Origin: a bacterium
GTDB taxonomy: Bacteria > Ratteibacteria > UBA8468 > B48-G9 > DSTR01
Direction: 5' to 3'
NCBI GenBank assembly: GCA_029551285.1
Contig: JAKPFT010000087.1
Coordinates: 168-64,167, forward strand
Length of the DNA stretch: 64,000 bases
In this document: positions 17,741 through 25,549 of the stretch, piece by piece
Layout: each line of letters begins with the position of its first letter
Numbering within the stretch: the first letter of the stretch is position 1
Position numbers and translations under genes: made by a program
Notes under the pieces: generated by a model
What the model was told of the DNA's origin: nothing
What the model saw: the letters and a program-made list of their open reading frames with translations, nothing else
Databases searched by the model: none

Positions 17741-19710
17741 GGATAAGGATGAAGAAAACCGGGTTGAAGATATTGCCGGGTTTGCAAGTGGATTGCTACC
17801 GGTGTCAACACCTGGTGGTGGGTAGCGGCGCGGCTGGCTTAAACTGCGCTCTGTATCTAGCTGAAGCTGGCAAAGATGTGGCCATAGTAACCAGCCGGCT
17901 TTTAGGTGGGACCTCCTATAATTCTGGCTCTGACAAGCAGACCTATTACAAGATGAGCCTCTTCGGGGATACCGAGGATAGTCCTATTTCCATGGCCCGG
18001 GCTCTTTTTGAGGGTGGCGGGATGGATGGCGATTTAGCCTACATTGAAAGCCTGGGAAGCCTTCCGGCATTCTTTCGTCTGGTGGAAAAGGGTGTTCCCT
18101 TTCCGGCCAATGAGTATGGTGCTTTTGTCGGTTATAAGACAGACCACGACCCAAGACAGCGGGCTACCAGTGCCGGGCCGAAAACTTCCCGTTTTATGGT
18201 GGAAGTCCTGCTCAGGGAGGTGAAGCGCCTGGGGGTGCCGATTTTTGATGAAATCAGCGTCGTCAAACTGGTAACTGTGGGCAAGCGCCGGAAGAAAATT
18301 GTCGGTCTGGTGGGAATGGAGAGGAAAAAAGTAACTGGCCGGTCTTCAGGCATAGTGGTGTTTGAGGCCGAAGCGGTGATTCTGGCCACTGGAGGACCGG
18401 GAGAGCTCTACGCTAACAGTGTCTATCCTGCTGGACAGGTCAGTCTTCACGGAGTGGCGCTGGAAGCCGGAGTAGAAGCCGTAAACTTAGGCGAGTCCCA
18501 GTTTGGTCTGGCTTCCACTTCCTTCCGCTGGAATCTTTCCGGGACCTATCAGCAGGTTATTCCCTCCTACTTCAGTTGTGAGGAAGGTGGAAGGCGCCAC
18601 AACTTTCTAAAAAACTGGTATCGCCATCTGGGGGAAATGGCCAGCAACATTTTTCTGAAGGGGTACCAGTGGCCTTTTTCGGCTGAGCGGGTGGCAAATT
18701 TTGGTTCCTCCCTGATTGACCTGGCGGTTTATTTTGAGAAAAAAGAAGGCCGGGCGGTGATGATGGACTTCACGGAAAATCCGTGCTCTCAGGGAGAAGA
18801 ATTCAGTCTGGCTCTTCTTTCCGGGGAAGCACTCACTTATCTGAAACGTTCTGGAGCGCTTCAGGAAACACCCTACCTGAGGTTGCGCCGGATGAATCCT
18901 CAGGCCATAGAAATTTACCGGGAACACGGAATAGATCTGAAGCGACCCCTGTGCGTTGATGTCTGTTTCCAGCACAACAACGGTGGTCTGGCCGTGGACA
19001 CCAGCTGGCAAACAGCCATCAGCGGCCTTTTTGCCATCGGCGAGCTGGCTGGCACCCACGGCGTAAGACGGCCTGGTGGTGCGGCCTTAAACTCAGGTCA
19101 GGTGGGGGTAGCCAGGGCGGCGAAATACCTTCTGGAGTTGAGCCGGTCAACTGGCGAGGAAGAAGTTACCGGGTTGCTCCGGCAGGCTGCGGGCCAGGTG
19201 TGGCGGGAAAGTCAGCGCATGGTTTCCCAGAGAGGTCTTCAGCATCAAATTGTCCGCAAAGAAATTCAGCAGCGGATGAGCCAGGCGGCCGGTTTTCTGC
19301 GCTACCCTTCCCTGGTGGCTGAGGCTCTCAAGCAGGCCAGGAAACTTCTTAGAGAAATTGAAAATAGAGGCCTGTCAGCGAAAAAAAGCCAGTTGGTGAC
19401 TGCCTGGGAAACTAAAAGTCTGGTGTTGACCCACCTGGCCTTTCTGGCCTCAATAGACTTCTACCTCAGGAAAGGAGGCGGAAGTCGGGGCAGTTATCTG
19501 GTGGTCGTTGAAGACACTTTCAGGGAGAAAGCCGTTTTTTCCGTGAACAACAAGCAGGGTGAAGTCTTCCGCTGTCGGAAAGAAAAACTTTCTGACCGGG
19601 GCTTCAAGATAGTGGTGGACAGGGAAGGTAACTGCCAGGCAGTCAGGGTGAAACCGCTGCCTAAGGATGACAGCTGGTTTGAGACTATCTGGAAGTGTAC
19701 GGGGAAATAA
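17737..19710 (+). CDS. FAD-binding flavoprotein of the fumarate reductase/succinate dehydrogenase/AprA-like family
   Basis: 657 aa. N-terminal VVGSGAAGLNCALYLAEAG dinucleotide-binding motif with flavoprotein-family blocks downstream. Specific function not assignable. Confidence 0.55.
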   Translation: MRIRMKKTGLKILPGLQVDCYRCQHLVVGSGAAGLNCALYLAEAGKDVAIVTSRLLGGTSYNSGSDKQTYYKMSLFGDTEDSPISMARALFEGGGMDGDLAYIESLGSLPAFFRLVEKGVPFPANEYGAFVGYKTDHDPRQRATSAGPKTSRFMVEVLLREVKRLGVPIFDEISVVKLVTVGKRRKKIVGLVGMERKKVTGRSSGIVVFEAEAVILATGGPGELYANSVYPAGQVSLHGVALEAGVEAVNLGESQFGLASTSFRWNLSGTYQQVIPSYFSCEEGGRRHNFLKNWYRHLGEMASNIFLKGYQWPFSAERVANFGSSLIDLAVYFEKKEGRAVMMDFTENPCSQGEEFSLALLSGEALTYLKRSGALQETPYLRLRRMNPQAIEIYREHGIDLKRPLCVDVCFQHNNGGLAVDTSWQTAISGLFAIGELAGTHGVRRPGGAALNSGQVGVARAAKYLLELSRSTGEEEVTGLLRQAAGQVWRESQRMVSQRGLQHQIVRKEIQQRMSQAAGFLRYPSLVAEALKQARKLLREIENRGLSAKKSQLVTAWETKSLVLTHLAFLASIDFYLRKGGGSRGSYLVVVEDTFREKAVFSVNNKQGEVFRCRKEKLSDRGFKIVVDREGNCQAVRVKPLPKDDSWFETIWKCTGK

Positions 19711-19775
19711 TCTGATTTCTCTGCGGGGTGAGAGAAAGCGGTAGCGCTGTCACAGGGACGGCCGCCCCAAGGAAA

Positions 19776-19795
19776 GTAATCCCGGCCGGGATTAT
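19776..19795. terminator. Perfect 16-bp palindrome (AATCCCGGCCGGGATT) between convergent genes; candidate bidirectional terminator
   Basis: Palindrome seen directly after both stop codons (17737..19710 on plus, 19795..20808 on minus). No strong U-tract. Coordinates approximate. Confidence 0.35.
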
Positions 19796-20808
19796 TATGA
19801 AAAAAGAAGGCCAGGAACAGTTGCCCCGCAGACAGCGCAGCGATTCCGGGAAAGCCCTACCCGGGAAATAGAATAACCCCGGCGCCGGATCAGGAGCTGG
19901 TGACACTTGTGGCAGTAAGTATTTTCGCCTTCGTCGCCGGGTATGTTTCCCGTATAGACATACTGCAGTCCTGCCTGGAAGCCAATCTGGCGTGCAGCCG
20001 TTATGGTAGCGACCGGCGTTGGCCCCCGGTCAAGCAGCCGGTACATAGGAAAGAAACGGCTCAGATGCCAGGGAATTTCAGGGCTGATGCTGACCAGTGT
20101 TTCTGCTAACTGGCCGAGCAGTTTCTCATTATCATTCTCGCCGGGAATAATCAGAGTGGTCACCTCCACCCAGATACCGAGTTTTTTCATCCTTCTGATA
20201 TTTTCCACCACCGGCTGCTGTCGGGCATGGCACAGCCTGCGGTAGAAAGAATCGTCTCCCTTCAGGTCCACATTGGCCGCATCCAGAACCGGAGCCAGCA
20301 GTTCCAGAGCCTGCTGGCTCATGTATCCATTGGTAACAAAGTTGTTTTTGAGACCTTTTTCTTTAGCCAGTCGGGCCACTTTCAGGGCATACTCTAAGAA
20401 GATGGTCGGCTCAGTATAGGTATAAGAGATGCTGAGGCAGTTAGCCGCCTGAGCCTGTTGAATTACTTTCTCCGGAGGCACAAACTTCTCATGGGTTGGC
20501 CAGTGCCTTTCTTTGGGAGCCTGAGAAATCTCAGCGTTCTGGCAGAAGGTGCAGGCAAAGTTGCATCCGACCGTGGCGATGGAATAAGACAGCGAACCGG
20601 GAAGGAAGTGATAAAAGGGTTTCTTTTCTATCGGGTCCACATTTTCCGCGATTAACTGGCCGTAAACCTCGCTGTAGAGTTTCCCCTGCCGGTTAAGGCG
20701 CACCCCGCAGAAACCCCTCTGACCTTCCTTAATCACGCACGACTGGTGGCACAACTGGCAGCGGACGGTGTGGTTTTCCATCTTTTCCCAGAGAATAGCC
20801 TCGTACAT
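19795..20808 (-). CDS. Radical SAM enzyme, PflA/AmmeMemoRadiSam (AmrS)-like
   Basis: 337 aa. N-terminal Cys-rich segment (CQLCHQSC...GFCGVR) then the canonical CNFACTFCQN radical SAM CxxxCxxC motif. Confidence 0.65.
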   Translation of the reverse strand: MYEAILWEKMENHTVRCQLCHQSCVIKEGQRGFCGVRLNRQGKLYSEVYGQLIAENVDPIEKKPFYHFLPGSLSYSIATVGCNFACTFCQNAEISQAPKERHWPTHEKFVPPEKVIQQAQAANCLSISYTYTEPTIFLEYALKVARLAKEKGLKNNFVTNGYMSQQALELLAPVLDAANVDLKGDDSFYRRLCHARQQPVVENIRRMKKLGIWVEVTTLIIPGENDNEKLLGQLAETLVSISPEIPWHLSRFFPMYRLLDRGPTPVATITAARQIGFQAGLQYVYTGNIPGDEGENTYCHKCHQLLIRRRGYSISRVGLSRNRCAVCGATVPGLLFS

Positions 20809-20819
20809 TGTTAGCCCCT

Positions 20820-22895
20820 TCAGAATTCACACGTCTGCTTCCAGCAGTGGGCCAGCGTGGCCGGCGAGAAAAACTCATCCAGTTCGTTAAGGTCGTGACC
20901 CAGGTAGAGGACTTGCTGCGGCCGGCTGCCGTAACGGAACACGGTGATACCTTTACAGTTAGATTTCCAGGCCATCAAAAAAATCTTTCTGACATCGGCC
21001 ACGGTGGCTTCCGCCGGAAGATTCACCGTCTTGGAGACAGCGTTATCAGTGTATTTCTGGAAGGCAGCCTGCATCTTCAGGTGCTGGGTGGGAGAAAGGT
21101 CAAAGGCCGTAACAAAGAGCCGTCGCAGATGTTCAGGAATACCGGGCAAACCAGCCAGACTTCCCCGGGTCATTACCTGGCGCATCAGAGAGACGCTGAG
21201 TATGCCGGCTTTTTCCGCTGCCCGCTCAAAGACCGGATTCACTTCCAGAAATGTCCGGCCATTCAGGATGCGCCGGAGAAAAGTTAGTCCAAAAAAGGGT
21301 TCAATACCGCTGGAACAGTTAGCAATCACACTGATGGTGCCGGTAGGCGCGATGGTTGTTCTCGTCGCATGGCGCAGGGCCTGGACTTTTCTGTGGTAGC
21401 GGCTCAGGGGAAAATTCGGGAAAGAACCTCTTTCCTCACCCAGACGACAGGAGTAAGAAAAGGCTGTCTGGTTGATGAACTTCATCACCTCTTCCGCTAA
21501 CTCAAAACTCTTCTGGCTGCCATAGGCAAGACCAAGCTGGGCGAGAGTGTCGGCCCAGCCCATGATGCCCAGTCCAATCTTCCGGTTAGCCCGGGTAATC
21601 TGTTCCACCTGGGGCAGCGGAAAACGGTTGACTTCAATAACGTCGTCCAGGAAGCGCACTGCCAGTTCCACCAGTTGTTTCAATTTTTCCCAGTTAATTT
21701 TATCTTTCTCCACCACCCTGGTTAGATTGATGGAACCCAGATTACACGATTCAAAAGGTAAAAGTGGTTGTTCTCCACAGGGATTACAGGCTTCAATTTT
21801 GCCCAGGCCCGGGGTGGGATTGGCGCGATTGACGGCATCCAGGAAAATCAATCCCGGTTCTCCGCTCTCCCAGGCGCATTGGGCCATCATCTCAAAAACT
21901 TCTCTGGCCGGTAATCTTCTGGTGGTCTGGTTGGTACGCGGGTTAATCAGGGGGTAATCCTGCCGCTGCAGCACCCTTTTCAAAAAATCGTCGGTGACCG
22001 CCACGGAGAGATTGAAATTGGTAAATCGCTGTGTCCTTTTGGCCGCGATGAACTCTAAGATGTCCGGGTGGTCTACCCTCAAAATCCCCATGTTGGCTCC
22101 GCGGCGACGGCCTCCCTGTTTCACCACCGAAGTAGCCGCATCAAAAATTTCCATGAAAGACAGGGGGCCGGAAGCCTGCCCCCGCGTAGAAGCTACCAGG
22201 TCTCCGCGAGGTCTCAACCGGGAAAAGGAAAAGCCTGTTCCCCCTCCGCTCTGGTGAATCAACGCCATGTTCTTCAGGGCTTCAAAAATTCCCTCAATGG
22301 AGTCCTCAACCGGTAGCACAAAACAGGCGGAAAGCTGTCCCAGACTGGTTCCAGCATTCATCAGGGTTGGAGAATTGGGCAGAAACTCCAGGTTGGTCAT
22401 CAGGGAAAAGAATTTCTCCTCGTATTCAGAAACGCTGCCGCCAAAATTGCTTTCCCCTGAAGCCACATGATGAGCCACCCGACGGAAAAGTTCTTCTGGT
22501 TTTTCCACCACCTGGCCATTGAGTCGCAGCAGGTACCGCTCTTTAAGTACTGCTGCGGCCGTTACCGAAAGTTTGAGGCGTCCCTCCACTCCCAGAACAG
22601 TTTTGCTCTCTCTGAGAAGGCGGCGCTGATCGCGGTAACGAATGTAGGCTGAGGCCACCGGCGCAAGATTGTTCTCCATCAGCACCTGTTCCACTGTATC
22701 CTGAATTTCCTCTACGTGGGGATAGCCACCGGGTGTCTTCTTTAGCTTCTCCAGGACACATTGAGTAAGATAGGCTGCTCTTCCCGGAGCCGTTAAGTGA
22801 CAGGCAGCGAGGGCCTTGCTGATGGCAGTTTCAATTCTAACTGGAGAAAATTTCTCTAAGGATCCGTCCCGTTTCCGGACGCGAGTAAGCTTCAT
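20820..22895 (-). CDS. nrdJ: Class II adenosylcobalamin-dependent ribonucleotide reductase with N-terminal ATP-cone
   Basis: 691 aa. ATP-cone at the N-terminus (VRKRDGSLEKFSPVRIETAISKA). Catalytic core has CNPCGEQ and NLGSINL-type blocks. Start overlaps the upstream PDZ gene by 4 nt (ATGA). Confidence 0.85.
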   Translation of the reverse strand: MKLTRVRKRDGSLEKFSPVRIETAISKALAACHLTAPGRAAYLTQCVLEKLKKTPGGYPHVEEIQDTVEQVLMENNLAPVASAYIRYRDQRRLLRESKTVLGVEGRLKLSVTAAAVLKERYLLRLNGQVVEKPEELFRRVAHHVASGESNFGGSVSEYEEKFFSLMTNLEFLPNSPTLMNAGTSLGQLSACFVLPVEDSIEGIFEALKNMALIHQSGGGTGFSFSRLRPRGDLVASTRGQASGPLSFMEIFDAATSVVKQGGRRRGANMGILRVDHPDILEFIAAKRTQRFTNFNLSVAVTDDFLKRVLQRQDYPLINPRTNQTTRRLPAREVFEMMAQCAWESGEPGLIFLDAVNRANPTPGLGKIEACNPCGEQPLLPFESCNLGSINLTRVVEKDKINWEKLKQLVELAVRFLDDVIEVNRFPLPQVEQITRANRKIGLGIMGWADTLAQLGLAYGSQKSFELAEEVMKFINQTAFSYSCRLGEERGSFPNFPLSRYHRKVQALRHATRTTIAPTGTISVIANCSSGIEPFFGLTFLRRILNGRTFLEVNPVFERAAEKAGILSVSLMRQVMTRGSLAGLPGIPEHLRRLFVTAFDLSPTQHLKMQAAFQKYTDNAVSKTVNLPAEATVADVRKIFLMAWKSNCKGITVFRYGSRPQQVLYLGHDLNELDEFFSPATLAHCWKQTCEF

Positions 22896-23710
22896 CGCAG
22901 GTGGTAACTTAAAAGAAGAGGTGTGTTGTTACGGATTACTTCTACCGTGACAGTTTTTGTGGCTGAATTCAGAACCTGCTGATAGACCGCAAAAGCTCTG
23001 GCCAGACTGTCAATCAGCACACCGTTGACCCGGCGGATGATATCGCCGCTGCGCAACCCGTACTGGTAGGGCAGGCTATTTTCCGGCACCTGGCTGACCC
23101 GGAAGCCCTCTACCCTGCCCTCTTCGGTGATAAACGGGGACACCTTGAAGTTTTCCATAAGGTTGGGCGTGTCTCTCAGTTGGTTCAGCACTTCAGAGAC
23201 AGATACAGCCAAGGGTTCCTGAGCCACCGGCGGAGCCGTTGTTGCCTCCCGGCCTGACACAGGCAAAACAACTGTCTTAGTGGCCGGTTCTTTCCCCTTT
23301 TCTATGGTAACTGCCGCCGGCTGTGTTCCTGAAGAAGCCAGCGTTGTTTCTGGCAGGGACAGGCTAACTTCTTTCCCCTCGTATTCAAAAACCACCCTTT
23401 TTTCTTCAATGCGGGCGATGACGGCGCCAGCGCAGACAATTTCTCCTTGCCGGAAAAGGCTCTCTTCGTTCTGGTTTTTTAACCGCAGGACAGCCATGGA
23501 ACCAACCTGAGGAGCGTAGATGATGCCTTTTAACTCAACCAGAGTGTCAAGAGCCGGTGCTGGCTGAGGTTTAAGAATACTGTACCTGACAGGCGTTTTC
23601 GGTGGCGCCGGCTGGGTAAAAACATTTTTCTTGAGGATTAAATTTGTGTCTGTCCGGGAAGCAGCCGCCGCCAGAATAAGGCAAAGAAAGGTTAAGAACA
23701 CTTTTCTCAT
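22892..23710 (-). CDS. Secreted PDZ-domain protein (GspC-like architecture)
   Basis: 272 aa. N-terminal signal peptide, Pro/Thr-rich linker and a C-terminal PDZ-like segment (GFRVSQV...GLRSGDIIRRVNGVLI). Confidence 0.5.
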   Translation of the reverse strand: MRKVFLTFLCLILAAAASRTDTNLILKKNVFTQPAPPKTPVRYSILKPQPAPALDTLVELKGIIYAPQVGSMAVLRLKNQNEESLFRQGEIVCAGAVIARIEEKRVVFEYEGKEVSLSLPETTLASSGTQPAAVTIEKGKEPATKTVVLPVSGREATTAPPVAQEPLAVSVSEVLNQLRDTPNLMENFKVSPFITEEGRVEGFRVSQVPENSLPYQYGLRSGDIIRRVNGVLIDSLARAFAVYQQVLNSATKTVTVEVIRNNTPLLLSYHLR

Positions 23711-24900
23711 GAACCAGCTCCGAGAGCCAGTTGTAAGATACCAATCAGGTCAAAGATGTCAATACTGGCATCCTGGTTGAGGTCAGCCGCGGAGATAAGT
23801 TTCTCCGGATAAGGCACCTGGTAGGTGAAACTGCCCAGGGAAACTTCACTTTCAGTGGCCATTCTCAGACATAAAACGACATCAATGACATTGACCGTCC
23901 CGTCAAAATTCAGGTCGCCTTTTCTCACCACCGGGTCGGTGAGAGAAAAATTTACGCTGGAAAGATTCTGCCCCGGAAGAACCGTTACTGGATTGTCAGG
24001 ATAGAAATGAGAAGGCTCGGTCAAAACATCAAACAAGCCGTCACCGTTGGCGTCAAGAAAAGCCCAGAGGTAGTAGCATCCGGTGGAAACAGAAGAGATG
24101 GTAAAAGGACCAGGACCGGGAGAGACCGTTGAATAAGCCGGGACGCTCAGGTAAGAGTTCGCGGGAAGCAGATAGATGAAGATTAAACCAGCACAGTTTC
24201 CCTGATAGTCTATCCATCCCGAGATTGAACCCGGTTGTGTCTGGACGGTGTAGGTGGCGGAAGCGACACTGCTGGGATTAAGTCCGGACTTGTAAGCACG
24301 CGCCTTCAGGCTACAACTGCTGGTGAGATTCAATGGTGTGGTATAGAGCGGCGAAGTTAAGCCCGGGTCACTGCCGTCAGTGGTATATCTGATGGTGGCC
24401 CCTGGTGTCTCGCAGGAAAGAGAGACATTGACCGGGCTGGTGTAACTACCTGGCGCCGGCGAAAAAATAGGTTCAATGACTGTATTAACCTGGGTAATTC
24501 TCTGGCTGCCAGAGATCGGAATCTTCATTTCTCCGCTGGCGCTGATTGTTCCGGAAAACTTACAGGTACCTGCGGCGTTTGAAGGAATCTGAATCGTATA
24601 ACTGATGGTAAAGGAACTCACCCCGGAGGTACTGTACTGCAGCCAGGTGTAGGTCTGGCCGATTACTTTAATATAGGAAGGTACAGCCGAAGAAATGGTC
24701 CAGCCTTCAGGCACGGTTTCGTTGACAATCACGGCGGCCGGCGGGTTGGCCGGGTCAGTACTCACATTGATGGTGACCTGGACTGAACCACCGGGAACGA
24801 AGGTTGCGGGAAGGTTTCTGCTGGCGCTGGTACCTGCCTGAAGACCGTTCACCAGGGGGACCAGCAGAAGCAAAACACAGAAGATGCAGGTTTTACACAT
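23707..24900 (-). CDS. Secreted surface protein with CHB_HEX_C-like (Fn3-like) domain and C-terminal dockerin-like domain
   Basis: 397 aa. Signal peptide. FSPAPGSY...IRYTTDGSDP...KARAYKSGLNPS matches the chitobiase/hexosaminidase C-terminal-like domain. C-terminal duplicated Ca-binding dockerin segments (DLNFDGTVNVIDVVLCLRMA ... DLNQDASIDIFDLIGILQLA). Confidence 0.6.
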   Translation of the reverse strand: MCKTCIFCVLLLLVPLVNGLQAGTSASRNLPATFVPGGSVQVTINVSTDPANPPAAVIVNETVPEGWTISSAVPSYIKVIGQTYTWLQYSTSGVSSFTISYTIQIPSNAAGTCKFSGTISASGEMKIPISGSQRITQVNTVIEPIFSPAPGSYTSPVNVSLSCETPGATIRYTTDGSDPGLTSPLYTTPLNLTSSCSLKARAYKSGLNPSSVASATYTVQTQPGSISGWIDYQGNCAGLIFIYLLPANSYLSVPAYSTVSPGPGPFTISSVSTGCYYLWAFLDANGDGLFDVLTEPSHFYPDNPVTVLPGQNLSSVNFSLTDPVVRKGDLNFDGTVNVIDVVLCLRMATESEVSLGSFTYQVPYPEKLISAADLNQDASIDIFDLIGILQLALGAGS

Positions 24901-24916
24901 GGCTTTTCCCTGAAAA

Positions 24917-25549
24917 CTAATTTCTGGTAATCTTTCTTAAGAGGAGGATGACATCAAGGATATCCACGATGTCATTGCCATCAAGGTCAGCCCGGTTTAG
25001 AACCGGTGGTTCCATTCCCAGAGCCATTCGAAGACAGAGGGCAAGGTCAACAATATCAAGATTTTTGTCCCCGCTGATGTCGCCGGCGATGTAGATAATT
25101 TCTCCGGAAGTCAGGTTGACATTACGCGCCCACCCGTCGGCCCAGCTATTGGAATCCGGACCAAGGCACACGGCCTGGTATTCTATACCTTTTCGAGCAT
25201 CCCAGATTCTGAAGGTAATCGTATCACCCTGGCGGGCGCCCTCATCCACTGTCGGTGTGGTGATGTCATCACCGTAGACTTCCATAAAGCCGTAGAATCC
25301 GGCAGTGTGAATTACAAATCTGCCGCAGAGCACACCATTTGGGTCAAAAGCTGCCACCTCATCGCCAGGCTGTCCGGCCACTCCATTAATACTCACCTGC
25401 CCGTAGAAAGGGCATGAAGTTGGCGTGTTGATGGGAGTTGCAAAGTGGGCTGCCAGCAAAAGGTTGCTTTCAACGAAGAGAATAGCACCGACGACAAACC
25501 CGGTTTGTCTCTTTCTCCACCCCACTTTGCTCCTTTCTATTGTGACCAT
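24917..25549 (-). CDS. Small secreted protein: one FYG/Cys-Cys module plus dockerin-like tail
   Basis: 210 aa. Module FYGQVSINGVAGQPGDEVAAFDPNGVLCG...VYGDD.TTPT.DEGA..GDTITFRIW. C-terminal GDISGDKNLDIVDLALCLRMALG...ADLDGNDIVDILDVILLLRKI. Confidence 0.55.
   Translation of the reverse strand: MVTIERSKVGWRKRQTGFVVGAILFVESNLLLAAHFATPINTPTSCPFYGQVSINGVAGQPGDEVAAFDPNGVLCGRFVIHTAGFYGFMEVYGDDITTPTVDEGARQGDTITFRIWDARKGIEYQAVCLGPDSNSWADGWARNVNLTSGEIIYIAGDISGDKNLDIVDLALCLRMALGMEPPVLNRADLDGNDIVDILDVILLLRKITRN

Noticed and set aside
22896-23100. Possible cobalamin riboswitch or NrdR box upstream of nrdJ
   Set aside because: The nrdJ start codon overlaps the stop of the upstream PDZ gene (ATGA), leaving no intergenic space. 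No B12-box-like sequence was noticed.
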